A model generated the notes under the pieces. It did no database searches. It was not told the origin of the DNA and saw only the letters and a list, made by a program, of their open reading frames with translations. A DNA stretch of 62,952 bases, the filler included, from Chrysochromulina tobinii (lineage: Eukaryota), in NCBI GenBank assembly GCA_001275005.1. It is 4 parts of 4 records of this genome, joined end to end, with 100 filler letters (N's around TTAATTAATTAA, not from the genome) between each part and the next. Parts side by side here need not be neighbours in the genome. Positions count along the whole stretch, not along the records: positions 1 to 16,038 come from JWZX01001363.1; positions 16,139 to 20,865 come from JWZX01001366.1; 2 more parts are not named here. One strand, written 5' to 3'. The position numbers and the translations under genes were made by a program. The stretch's first letter is position 1; the number at the start of each line of letters is the position of its first letter. Of this stretch, positions 11,601-20,965 are shown piece by piece.

Positions 11601-14600
11601 GCACCCACGTCAGCGGTGCCCGCGAATCCCATCCGGGTATTTGGAGAATGGCGCCTGTGGGCGGATAGAAGGCGTCCCTGGGGTAGGGATCGCCCGGATC
11701 GGCGCCGTTGATTGCTGATCCACAGTTTCGGCATCGCGGGCTGACAACCCACTCGCTGATAAGGTGGTACTGGTCGTTGCCTGGTCCAAGGCTCGGATTC
11801 TCGAAGATGACCGGCGTAAAGTCTATATTTCTGGATTCGTCGCCATTAGCATCTTTGAATGTCGTGCACCCTGGCGGGCAGACGTCCACAAATTGGGGGC
11901 GAGGCTGGTCGGAGCACTTACACTTAACAAGACTGCCTCGGGCTCGGACTGGTGCCCCGCCCTGAGCGTCCGGGCATCCTATTGTAAACGGCTGACCAAC
12001 ATCGGCATGGTAATTGTTTGTCGAAGGCGTTCTGCCGAACCGCACGCCACGGGAGCACAGCGAGAAGTAGGGCAAGTTCGGCATCGGCGCCACCGTCAGC
12101 AAAGACGACCCCCAGAATGTCTCCGCCGAGTAGTCTGCCGAGTATACGCCCTCCAGCGGGTCCATCAGGATACCGCCCGTGCCCCCGAGGGGTAAGGTGT
12201 AGTTGATCATCGAGTACTCGAGGACTGCCACGACGTTGTCGGATTGGTAAGGCTCGAGATAGCTCGCGCCAAGGTATATCTCCTTCGTCGGAAGCAAACG
12301 GGGAAGGTTCAGAGGCAGAGCTAATGCCTGCCTCTCCTTGTCAAGCCCGATGAGGAACACTCGCCGGGACAGGCTTCCATCTGCGCGGTACCTGCCTGGG
12401 TGCCCGCGATCTGGACCCCAGGGCAGGTTGACATCCGGCAGGATCTCCATATCCATGCTCCGCTCGAACAGCGAAACTTTGTCGGTGTACAACCCATGCA
12501 AGATCTGCAGCTCCAATCGGAAAAGCACCTCTTTCATGGAGTGCAAGTGCAGCGCAAAACGACTTGTCTTGCTCCACCGATGGCTCTTATACATCGCGTA
12601 ATCCTCGTCAACAGGCATGTCGAAGCCGAATGAGGGCGGGTACGGGCTCGAATGCTTGTGCCCATCGACAAAGACACCAAACCGATAGTGGTCTGAGTAG
12701 ACCAGCTCTTGAGGCAGTTTGCCAGCGAGGTCGAACACGAAACGCGCCATGGTGAATGGAGGCAGCCGGAACACGGTGAACGCGGGGGGCTCGCCCAGGT
12801 ATGCAGAGCGCGCAGAGGGCTCGGATTGCAACAGGCGTGCGTTCATCGAGTAGTTGCGACGCTCGAGTTGCTCGTCTGCCGAGTGGAGCGCGTCCTCGAG
12901 CTCTAACGCGGCAGTTTGCAAGAGGGCTGCAGCACTTCCGTCACTTGTCGAAATCCCAGACAGATTCTTCCCTATCCGTTCAAGCGAGAGCCTCCGCCTG
13001 GTGCTTGGCACCTCTGCCTCGCACGAGGGCGGGTCCGGAAAGGGTCTGCACACGAACGCAGGGTCCGTTACAATGTAGTCCTCGAAAGCGACGAGCGCGT
13101 CAGGGTCTCGGAATATACCAGGTATTGTGGCAGTCGTGATCGCTGAGGTCACACGAGCATCTATACGGAAACAATCTGTGCTTGCCATGGACTTTGGCAA
13201 ACTTGACGTTCCATCAGGACATTTATACTCCGCTTCCATTCGCTCCGGAGATGTCCCTTCAGGACAGTAGTAACCTTCCAGGCAAGGATTGCCGGTCCGC
13301 GTATCCGCCGATGTGGCCGCGTAGCATATGTAACCAGCAGGGCACAGGCCAATAGGACAATAGCAACGCCGTCCGTCCGTTCTCTGTGTAGTGCCGATGG
13401 TTCCAAGGTCCGTGCAGATGGGATCGTCGACCGATGTCATTTGCTGCTCGATGAGGGCGCGCACTTGTCGTACGGCCGCGGTACTGGCACATTCAAGGTG
13501 ACCTCGGTGACTCTCACGGTCGCAGTAGTAGCCGGGTAGACACGGATCGTCGTACTTCGTGCTCGAAGAGGTATTCCAGTCGCACATGTGACCGGCAGGG
13601 CACGGGTCGCTCTGGCTGAGGTTTGTCATGCCCTTCACACCGCAAACCCGCCCACGCGGGCATGGCATGCAGAGCATCTCCATAGGATTGGCATAGTACG
13701 GGTTCCACGAGCCTTCTGGACACTGCTGGCAAGAGACTGTTCCGTTGTAAGCGCGAAAGGTGCCCGGGCTGCACGGCAGTGGCTCGATCGTGCCTTCCTC
13801 TGCGCAGGAGTACCCACCAGGGCAGAGGAAGCACGTATCGGTGCCGTTTAATGGGTTGTATTTAGACCACGTCCCAGCTAGGCACGGAATCGCCTGCGAC
13901 TTGCCTTCGCCACGGCTGAAAAACCCTGCCGGAGACGGATACGGATTCGCGGTTCCCTTGGGGCAGAAAAATCCAGCAGGGCAACGTCCTGTGCCGAAGG
14001 GCGAAGTAGAAGCCTCCTTGCAGTACTGTCCAAGTGTGCACGGCTGTGGCGACCTGTAATCATTTTCGTCCGTGAGGTTGCTCGTGATGCCTCCGAGACA
14101 GTACACCGCCTTCGGGCAAGCAATCGGCTTGAAGTTGCCCTCCGAATTCCAATCTGCCGTCTCAGTTCCCTCCCAGCAGTAGTATCCGGGTGGGCACGCC
14201 GTCGCTGGGACCTGAAGACCGGGCTCGTTGCAAACGGAGCCAGCTGGACATATTGTAGGTGATGATAAGCCCACTTTGTCGCAAATGTAACCGATCGGAC
14301 ATTCTGTGCATTTGTCTTGGCCAGTCTTGTCGTTGTAGAACCCTGGTGTGCAGAGTGACGGGAATACGTTGCCCACCCCCGGGCAGTAGTTTGCTTGCGG
14401 GCATTCGATCGGCAGGGAGCCAGGAGGGCAGAAGTACCCCGCTGGGCAGGGGCCACTCCCTTGTGGGTTATCAGACCCCCTGAAGCACACGAATCCCGCA
14501 ACACATGGCTGCGGGGTGGAGTAGTTTCCAGGTATGGACACGTTGGAGGCCACCCCTGCTGGGCACCAGGTGTTTTCGGGGCATTCCTGTGGGGCCATCG

Positions 14601-16038
14601 TGCTGGAAGAGGATGTTGGGTTCGAAGTCGAAACTCCTAGAGGGCAAAAGTGGCCAGATGGACAAAAAGAATCTGGAAAGCTCAGCCCAGAGAGAGAGCA
14701 GACCATCCCAGCGGCGCAAAGAAGCGGCGAGGATAGCCCTTGAGATGGACAAAAGTATCCGGGTGGGCACGGACTGCAGCTCGCGCTCCGGTCGTTCGCC
14801 CGGAACGTGCCTGGTGGGCAGGCTGTGAAGTTGCTTCCTGCCGATGGGCAGAAAGCTCCAGGCGGACAGGGCACGACCTCGAGCTGAGGGCACCATGTTC
14901 CTCTGGGACACGCGATGTACTCAAATGTTGTATACGACCTCGAAAAGTCATGTGCGTTGGTGCTGACTCTCACCGGCACAACGAGGCTGCCTGCAAGGCG
15001 TGGGCCAACGTATTCTGGAGCCATGCAGAGAGCCGTGCGATTGTCTATGAATGACGCGTTCGACCGAGCGCTACCAAATGCGCATGTCAGCGACGAGGAA
15101 TTGACGAAGCCCTCGCCATGCACGTACACTGGCGTCGGCGAGGTCACAAGACCTCGTCTAGGCACGATCGACAAAATGTACGGCTCACGAACAAATTCGA
15201 ATGTAAACTTTGCTGACGCGTTGTCTGAACGGGCCATCAGCAAGAATGGTACACGCCCAGTGGCGTGCGACGGAGTGCGGCACAGCAGTTGGTTCGCCAC
15301 TGACGATCGCGCTGCCGCTGATGGTGGAGCGTGGCCGAACTGACAAGAAAAGGGAGTTGCATCGACCTCACTATCGAGATACACCACGATGGTTGTGCCG
15401 CCAGACGCCGGCGCACGGGCTGGGATCAGGTGCGTGATCTGGAACGCAACGAAGGCGAATGCGATGCCGCTCCTCGAGAAGCCCTGCCCGCCAAGTGTCG
15501 AGCCAAGTGTCACCTCCAGCGAAACCGAGGACGCAGCATGCCTCGGCGTGCGGCACAACATGATCGATGCGTTCACGTACGTGGCGAACGTTGAAAGCTG
15601 TCCAAAGTGGCAATGAAGCCAGGGGTCGAAAGTTGGCATAAAGTGACGGCCGACCAGAGTCACCAACGTCCCACCAAAGACCGGACCAGAGTTCGGCAGC
15701 ACGGCACGAATGTAAACGTCGGGAACGTACTCGAAAGAGGCCACCGCGATCGTTTCGAAGTTTAGCGTGCCGTGGTGGCTCGGAGCACTGGAACCGTGTG
15801 AAAGGAGCTGAACGGTGAGCTGAGCCGCACCGGGGGTGCTTCTCGGCGAAACACACAACGCGTGCGCAGATCCGCGGGACGTGGCTGGCACAACCGCAGC
15901 CGCGAAAGAACACCGCAACATGGAATTGGAAACAGGGACCAACGTGACGGCAATGTTGACAACAGTGCCACCGTGCACAGGGCCGAGCACAGGGTGCACC
16001 GATCGGATCTCTGGGGCCGTGTATGTGAAGGCGATGCC
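8632..16038 (-). CDS. Large IPT/TIG + GCC2/GCC3 (ephrin-receptor-like cysteine repeat) multi-pass membrane protein, 5'-partial at the gap
   Basis: At least 4 IPT/TIG repeats (PVLGPVHGGTVV, PNSGPVFGGTLVTLVGRHF) at ~16036-14920. Many CPxGxYC repeats at ~14915-13150. A series of hydrophobic helices at ~10980-9600, then a Pro/acidic tail. Over 2450 aa without a stop. Confidence 0.88.
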   Translation of the reverse strand, partial: GIAFTYTAPEIRSVHPVLGPVHGGTVVNIAVTLVPVSNSMLRCSFAAAVVPATSRGSAHALCVSPRSTPGAAQLTVQLLSHGSSAPSHHGTLNFETIAVASFEYVPDVYIRAVLPNSGPVFGGTLVTLVGRHFMPTFDPWLHCHFGQLSTFATYVNASIMLCRTPRHAASSVSLEVTLGSTLGGQGFSRSGIAFAFVAFQITHLIPARAPASGGTTIVVYLDSEVDATPFSCQFGHAPPSAAARSSVANQLLCRTPSHATGRVPFLLMARSDNASAKFTFEFVREPYILSIVPRRGLVTSPTPVYVHGEGFVNSSSLTCAFGSARSNASFIDNRTALCMAPEYVGPRLAGSLVVPVRVSTNAHDFSRSYTTFEYIACPRGTWCPQLEVVPCPPGAFCPSAGSNFTACPPGTFRANDRSASCSPCPPGYFCPSQGLSSPLLCAAGMVCSLSGLSFPDSFCPSGHFCPLGVSTSNPTSSSSTMAPQECPENTWCPAGVASNVSIPGNYSTPQPCVAGFVCFRGSDNPQGSGPCPAGYFCPPGSLPIECPQANYCPGVGNVFPSLCTPGFYNDKTGQDKCTECPIGYICDKVGLSSPTICPAGSVCNEPGLQVPATACPPGYYCWEGTETADWNSEGNFKPIACPKAVYCLGGITSNLTDENDYRSPQPCTLGQYCKEASTSPFGTGRCPAGFFCPKGTANPYPSPAGFFSRGEGKSQAIPCLAGTWSKYNPLNGTDTCFLCPGGYSCAEEGTIEPLPCSPGTFRAYNGTVSCQQCPEGSWNPYYANPMEMLCMPCPRGRVCGVKGMTNLSQSDPCPAGHMCDWNTSSSTKYDDPCLPGYYCDRESHRGHLECASTAAVRQVRALIEQQMTSVDDPICTDLGTIGTTQRTDGRRCYCPIGLCPAGYICYAATSADTRTGNPCLEGYYCPEGTSPERMEAEYKCPDGTSSLPKSMASTDCFRIDARVTSAITTATIPGIFRDPDALVAFEDYIVTDPAFVCRPFPDPPSCEAEVPSTRRRLSLERIGKNLSGISTSDGSAAALLQTAALELEDALHSADEQLERRNYSMNARLLQSEPSARSAYLGEPPAFTVFRLPPFTMARFVFDLAGKLPQELVYSDHYRFGVFVDGHKHSSPYPPSFGFDMPVDEDYAMYKSHRWSKTSRFALHLHSMKEVLFRLELQILHGLYTDKVSLFERSMDMEILPDVNLPWGPDRGHPGRYRADGSLSRRVFLIGLDKERQALALPLNLPRLLPTKEIYLGASYLEPYQSDNVVAVLEYSMINYTLPLGGTGGILMDPLEGVYSADYSAETFWGSSLLTVAPMPNLPYFSLCSRGVRFGRTPSTNNYHADVGQPFTIGCPDAQGGAPVRARGSLVKCKCSDQPRPQFVDVCPPGCTTFKDANGDESRNIDFTPVIFENPSLGPGNDQYHLISEWVVSPRCRNCGSAINGADPGDPYPRDAFYPPTGAILQIPGWDSRAPLTWVLEHPSACHLVSEEDTIHIRQWDIFATRRYSDACDYIMTCMYEERSELFAGKPYWFQAQSDDMLFYMTREPIPTEHVSGGFCFPDLETDAARRQQLERSCGANLRYFSKVKAYMDDENFIFIQADVSLYESERHGMDWTPHRMQLLLQYWQTRDSRIERYAKKLIKGKLILGDFTSVPGETLRGHEYDLRITWFPVAWIDVLDNFALDLSTYLVFYVLLDFVAILAVMLVWGCFRQAATQTNPPRLNFLRWLRGFELNPIIGFTMVLIPIAMVAGFMRGVMLEINPLGSYPGDWGYIGPGALEVTLSVEEKWLSGRVGIMLLCLGFNLMVNGAELLCPRKDMPGSIWRPGFWQRRHVMYTSIWLFIILLLALEVSFSIIFSLYPVPCMLGFRVVWMSMEVWLMQALTEKLIALPFECALQTIQYVMTLGAAGFLAFIQANVVELSVMVFLRVAVQPVNFRVQRLLRFRIAVQQAQRSGAPVPVMTPELEAIGIMSDMLRLMYRFSVDALGSVISPIAVVIIFLFREQFEVSKYYGIRSTDLVYFVLFSAFLVPALWVIDIFLFNVQELLWNWKLFEYIQFCNERFANRSRRWVGLDDTINEELPPDLRALDQMCLSVQFYLLGSLHCSGIVFAVLGYMLVLHQQHNLFGDPMAIPVFLGVSLFLGFAKRVTIRVADRYRIWMVEGEYEHVDTYDEGPGSRKAGALPPGMAAIDASIADCIEDTFAAGYTEDHLAKLLSEAASYVPPGMSIQAIGMGVAGGAETGGCRTSDLSVQMAGPRTAAMGPAYSMLPPPGCATLPPIIGALGTERPMPSPGLVRGAGFVGCSLQASPQAPPLPAGVPPPPSALGGSLPWTRVDESDAFAQFIGLFRKEMRQAREQDARATRFVSSFAAPARKVESVEPVEPLARPVMQFSHEPVDNDKGDGHDDDDYDYWPDFGLGVAQDDVQEALSFSTTSTTEGSTAEHIREDSQDDSDDSQDDLWPIELVVGG

Positions 16039-16138
16039 NNNNNNNNNNNNNNNNNNNNNNNNNNNNNNNNNNNNNNNNNNNNTTAATTAATTAANNNNNN
16101 NNNNNNNNNNNNNNNNNNNNNNNNNNNNNNNNNNNNNN
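16039..16138. other. Artificial contig spacer (N44-TTAATTAATTAA-N44)
   Basis: 100-nt N run with a six-frame stop linker. Confidence 0.97.
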
Positions 16139-16737
16139 GGCGCCGCCGGCGCCGCCGGCGCCGGCGCCGATCCCGGTGCCGGCGCCGCGTTTCTCCCCCC
16201 CGCCGTGCCGTCCTCGTCCTCGTCCTCGTCCGTCTCCCCGGCCGCGCCGTTGTCGGTCTGGTTCTTGTTCTTCGCCCCACGCCTCTTGACAGCCCCGTGA
16301 TCCCCATTCCCCCTCCCGCGACCACGGCGTGCACTCTTCGGGGTAGTCGTCCTCTCAGCCGCCGGTGAACAGACCCTGCGCTTGCGCTTCACCGTCGTCT
16401 GAACTGCCGGATTTCGCTCACCCGCGTCCCCAGACACGATGCCATTGATCTCGGTGATGATCGAGCTGGATTTCTTGATCCAGCGCATTACGTCCATTTG
16501 GAGGCGCACAATCTTCTCGAGCTTGGGCGCGATGTGCTTCAACCCCTCCAACTCCGGATTACCGAGAAGCTTGATCAAAGATTCGGCGTATAACCCGACG
16601 TGGTCGCACATATGCTCCTGGTTGGCACAGCTGCAGCACATCTGCTCCCAACCCTCCTTAAACTGCGCGAGCCGTGGCTCCTCACCAGCGGTCCTGGTTC
16701 GAGCTCGTTCTTCTGTTGCATCCGCCGAGGATCGCAT
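16139..16737 (-). CDS. Hypothetical protein, 3'-partial at the gap
   Basis: Open frame from MRSSADATEE with a CCSC...HMCDH cluster, an amphipathic helical stretch and a basic KRKRR motif. No family recognised. Confidence 0.4.
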
Positions 16738-16907
16738 TGATAAATTTTCGCCAAAACTTTGTTTTTGTGGGCTTTCTTGTTTATGCGGCCCGAGGTCTGT
16801 GAAGCGCACCCTGTGAAAGACAACGTCAAAGACAAACTTTTGTAGACTTCTGTGTGAAAACCCTGTGAAAATCCCACCGAAACCTCGTGCACGAAGGGCC
16901 CTTTCCG

Positions 16908-18830
16908 ATGAAGCGAATCGTACCTCCCTTGGGGCTAGACGAACAAACCACAGCCAAGGTGGCCAAACAGGACGACCGATTAGGCGTGATGAGCGCCGAG
17001 GGCGAGGTGGTCGCGTGGTCCGGTAAGGCCGCGGCGCGATCGGCGGCGCTCGCCAACTGGGTGAGCGACACGGGCGGCGCCAATGGGGCGTTCGCCAGCC
17101 AAATTGCCACGGCAGCTCTCATCACGCTCGCGCACGTCGCCGAGTGCGGCGATGCGGATAATGACAAAGCTCTAAAGAGCTGCTCGCTCGCGCAGCTCGC
17201 GCAGCTCCTGCACGCCGCGCACTTTCTCGACGTGGACGACGAGCTTCTCCGCCTGCTCTCGCGGTGCCTGTGCACCTGTCACCTCGCCGGCAAGAGCGGC
17301 GCGGAGCTCGATCAGCTGCTGGGCGTCGTGAGCGACTTCCCCACCGAGGCGGAGCGGCAAGCGGCGACCGAGGAGCCGCTCTACACGCAGGACCCTCGAC
17401 AAGACGCCGACGCACCCGCACCGCCAGCGCCCGTGTGCTGGCTCTCGACGCAGCTCGTCAACGAGGACGCCCTCGAGGACGCCCTCGCGGACGCCGATGT
17501 GCCGACGCTGCGCGCGCTCAAGGGCGTGAGCCGCGCGTGGCGTTCGCGCGCGCGGCGCGTCCTGTGCACGCGCCTGTGCGCCCGCCTCGGCCTGCCGCTC
17601 ACGAGCCGTTTAGACAAGGTTACCGAGCTCGACCTCTCGGGCAGCCGCGCCGCCGATCGCCTCATCGCCGACGCGGCCGACGCGTCGCGCTGGCTGCCCA
17701 ACCTGGCAAGGGTGACGGGGCTGGGCAGCTCGATCGAGGTGGACGTGGCCGCGCTGAGGCGCGTGGCGTCTTCGGGTGACTACTCGTACCCGATGGCGGG
17801 GGTGCGCGCGTGCATCCGCGGCGAGGGCGAGGCCTCGATGGAGGTGCTGCTCGCCGCGTGCGCGCTGCGCGACGGCAAGGCGCATGTGCCGGCGTCCGCG
17901 TTCCGCGATGACAGGTCCATGACGACGATCGCGCTGCCCGCCGGCCTGACCAGCATCTCTGCGAACGCCTTCCAAGGCTGCACCTCGTTGACTTCGATCG
18001 AGCTGCCCACCAGCCTCACGAGCATCGGTGGGTCCGCCTTCTGGTGCTGCTCCTCGATGACGTCGATCGAGCTGCCCGCCACCCTCACGAGCCTCGGCGA
18101 GCACGCCTTCTCTTACTGCTCCTCGCTGGCGTCGATCGCGCTGCCCGCCGGCCTGACCAGCATCTCTGCGAACGCCTTCCAAGGCTGCTCCTCGTTGACT
18201 TCGATCGAGCTGCCCACCAGCCTCACGAGCATCGGTAGGTCCGCCTTCTGGTGCTGCTCCTCGATGACGTCGATCGAGCTGCCCGCCAGCCTCACGAGCC
18301 TCGGCGAGCACGCCTTCTCTTACTGCTCCTCGATGACGTCGATTGAGCTACCCGCCGGCCTCACGAGCATCGCTGCGAACGCCTTCCAAGGCTGCTCCTC
18401 GATGACCACGATCGAGCTGCCAACCAGCCTCACGAGCATCGGTGGGTCCGCCTTCTGGTGCTGCTCCTCGATGACGTCAATCGAGCTGCCAGCTGGCCTC
18501 GTGAGCATCGGTGCGTACGCCTTCTACGGCTGCTCGTCGATGACGTCGATTGAGCTACCCGCCGGCCTGACGAGCATCGCTGCGAACGCCTTCTATGGCT
18601 GCTCCTCGATGACGTCGATCGCGCTGCCCGCCGGCCTCACGAGCATCGGTGAGAGCGCCTTCTATGGCTGCTCCTCGTTGGCGTCGATCGCGCTGCCCGC
18701 CGGACTCACGAGCCTCGGCGAGCACGCCTTCTCTCACTGCTCCTCGATGACCACCATCGCGCTGCCCGCCGGCCTGACGAGCATCGCTGCGAACGCCTTC
18801 TATGGCTGCTCCTCGTTTACTCCTCGTTGA
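16908..18830 (+). CDS. Skp1-like + F-box-like + BspA-type (LRR_5/TpLRR) leucine-rich repeat fusion protein
   Basis: Skp1-like at ~16977-17380: LGVMSAEGEVV ... LAQLLHAAHFLDVD ... LAGKSGAELDQLLGVVSDFPTEAE. F-box-like at ~17454-17565: NEDALEDALADADVPTLRALKGVSRAWRSRA. Then 13 x 23-aa SxTSIELPAGLTSIGxxAFxxCS repeats. Confidence 0.85.
   Translation: MKRIVPPLGLDEQTTAKVAKQDDRLGVMSAEGEVVAWSGKAAARSAALANWVSDTGGANGAFASQIATAALITLAHVAECGDADNDKALKSCSLAQLAQLLHAAHFLDVDDELLRLLSRCLCTCHLAGKSGAELDQLLGVVSDFPTEAERQAATEEPLYTQDPRQDADAPAPPAPVCWLSTQLVNEDALEDALADADVPTLRALKGVSRAWRSRARRVLCTRLCARLGLPLTSRLDKVTELDLSGSRAADRLIADAADASRWLPNLARVTGLGSSIEVDVAALRRVASSGDYSYPMAGVRACIRGEGEASMEVLLAACALRDGKAHVPASAFRDDRSMTTIALPAGLTSISANAFQGCTSLTSIELPTSLTSIGGSAFWCCSSMTSIELPATLTSLGEHAFSYCSSLASIALPAGLTSISANAFQGCSSLTSIELPTSLTSIGRSAFWCCSSMTSIELPASLTSLGEHAFSYCSSMTSIELPAGLTSIAANAFQGCSSMTTIELPTSLTSIGGSAFWCCSSMTSIELPAGLVSIGAYAFYGCSSMTSIELPAGLTSIAANAFYGCSSMTSIALPAGLTSIGESAFYGCSSLASIALPAGLTSLGEHAFSHCSSMTTIALPAGLTSIAANAFYGCSSFTPR
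17916..18830 (+). repeat. Coding 69-nt tandem repeat (13 BspA LRR units) with a 207-nt higher-order period
   Basis: Near-identical DNA units; the variable segment cycles ANAFQG / GSAFWC / EHAFSY through the first eight units. Confidence 0.93.
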
Positions 18831-19438
18831 CCTCGATCGAGCTGACCACGAGCTGCGACCTGAAATTGTCGAGCCTCGACAATCTCAGGTCCGCTGGACT
18901 GCCCCCGAGTACCATCCTGCGCTATGCACCACACACGGGCTGATCACCGCGCGCCACCGGACAGGCTGAGCAACTGGCAAGATAAATAGGTTCTGCGCGC
19001 CACGGAGATGTGTGGCAACTGTGAGTGTGCTGGGACAGCTCAATGCGGTCGACCGTCGCGAGACCCGCGCTTTCTCGGGACGTGTACGCTTGACCGGGGG
19101 TGGCGGTTCATTCAATCAAAGGAGAGGAGTGGAGACGCCGGAGCGATGTGAGTTTGCTCTTATTTCGGTGTGGTGGGCCCGTCGTGTGTCAATACGAGGA
19201 ACCTTACGGAACGGATTGACACACACGGCGGTCGGACAGGAGAGGACACGGTTCCATTACCATTTGCGTTGACGAACACAGATTGGACAGCGCGATCAGC
19301 GTGTCAGGCGAGGACGCACGAGAATCGAGATCGACCAGCTGTGTAGGTGCGATACCAGGACACAGGTCGTCCGCCTCGGGACTCGGCCTATGCGTGCCCG
19401 ACCACCGCCGCGCCCCCCCCACTCACGTCGCGTACACT

Positions 19439-20865
19439 CTACACGTATGGAAACTGCCCCTTCACATGCTTTGCGATCACAGTTGGGAACTGCGTCGTAC
19501 GTAGAGTCGTGTCGCCGATCATTGTGTTGTCGTTTGGCAGTTGGACGCCGGCGTGTGTTACGCGCAGGTCATCCAGGGGGATTCCTGTCACGTCCGCGAC
19601 GCGACCATAGAACTGCCCAGTTGTGTGGTCGAGCCCGATATCGCCGACGTTTCGATCATCGCAGCCGAGGGTCTGCACCCTGATCTCCAGCCGCGTTACG
19701 TACCTTTTGCTCGCCGCTGGTACTGGGGTAGGGGATGCCACCGCCCCCGGCTTCTTGAACGCCACCACGTGCCACGGGGGCATAGTCGCGTACACAAATG
19801 GGGACTGCGTCCCACGTAGAGTGGTGTCGCCGATCAATGTGTCGTCGTTTGGAAGTGGAGTGCGCTCGCCTGTTGACACGCATAGGACATCCAGGGATAT
19901 TCCTGTCACCTGTGCGACGCGAGCATACAGCTGCCCAGTTGTGTGGCGGAGCCCGATATCCTCGACCTTGTAGCTGACGCCGGTCATCATCCTCACGGTG
20001 ATCTCCAGCGGCTTCAAGTACCTCTCGGTGGCTGCTGGTGTTCGGGAATCGGATGCCGCCTTGTCCGCCAACGACTTGTTGGTTATGGACGCCACCACCG
20101 CCTTCCTGGTTATGGTCACCGCCACGTGCACGCCGTGCTTGTTTTCGGGCCCAGACGTGCCGATGGAGGTCTCACAGAGTAGAGTCCCATCATTGGGTAT
20201 CAGTCGCCCAAGATGTAGCACGGAAATCTTATCATCCCGGGTGGCTCCCAGCCTCGTGGCGATGACCTCGTAGAGCTGCTTCGTGCTATTGCTCATCTCG
20301 AAGTGTCTCATCACAAGTGTGCCTCCACATGGTTGCGAGCGCACCGTTATGTCCACGACCCCCCCGTACTTCATCGCCACTCGAGCCGACGCGACCTCAT
20401 CCATCCTTTGCCCACCGACAGCCTCGCCATCCGCCGCGAGCTCGGCATTCGTGTCGGTCGCCGCCGCGAGCTGGTGTCGTAGCTCGGCATTCGTCTCGGT
20501 CGCCGCCGCGAGCTGGTGTCGTAGCTCGGCATTCGTCTCGGTCGCCGCCGCGAGCTGGTGTCGGAGCTCGGCAATCGTGTTGGTCGCCTCCTCGAGCGCC
20601 TGCGACTTGGCGCGCAGCGTCGCCTCGAGCTGCTCGCGCGACTCCCGCTCGACGACTGCCTGCTCGCGGCTCAAGGCAAGCGCCGCCTTGTCCGCCACCG
20701 CCCTCTCTTTTTCCGCAGCGAGCTGCTGCTCGAGCAGCGCGCAGCGCAGCGGCCTGCTTGTCGAGCTCGGTCTCGATGGCGCTCGGACACGGCGCGTGCC
20801 TCGTGCTGCGCCTCGCGCAGCTTCTCGCTCCACGCCTCTTCACGCTCGGCGAGCACGCGCGCCTG
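19439..20865 (-). CDS. Coiled-coil protein with three divergent ubiquitin-like domains; 5'-partial, with apparent frameshifts near the contig end
   Basis: Three beta-grasp-like units: DITVRSQP...LYEVIATRLG...LHLGRLIPNDGTLL; EITVRMMTG...TTGQLYARVAQVTGI...PNDDTLI; EIRVQTLG...TTGQFYGRVADVTGIP...HAGVQLPNDNTMI. The coiled-coil-like reading switches frame twice between ~20865 and ~20740. Confidence 0.7.
20436..20572 (-). repeat. 42-nt coding tandem repeat x3 (AELRHQLAAATETN, two heptads)
   Basis: Direct repeats of AGCTCGGCATTCGTCTCGGTCGCCGCCGCGAGCTGGTGTCGT. Confidence 0.9.
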
Positions 20866-20965
20866 NNNNNNNNNNNNNNNNNNNNNNNNNNNNNNNNNNN
20901 NNNNNNNNNTTAATTAATTAANNNNNNNNNNNNNNNNNNNNNNNNNNNNNNNNNNNNNNNNNNNN
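20866..20965. other. Artificial contig spacer
   Basis: N run with TTAATTAATTAA. Confidence 0.97.
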
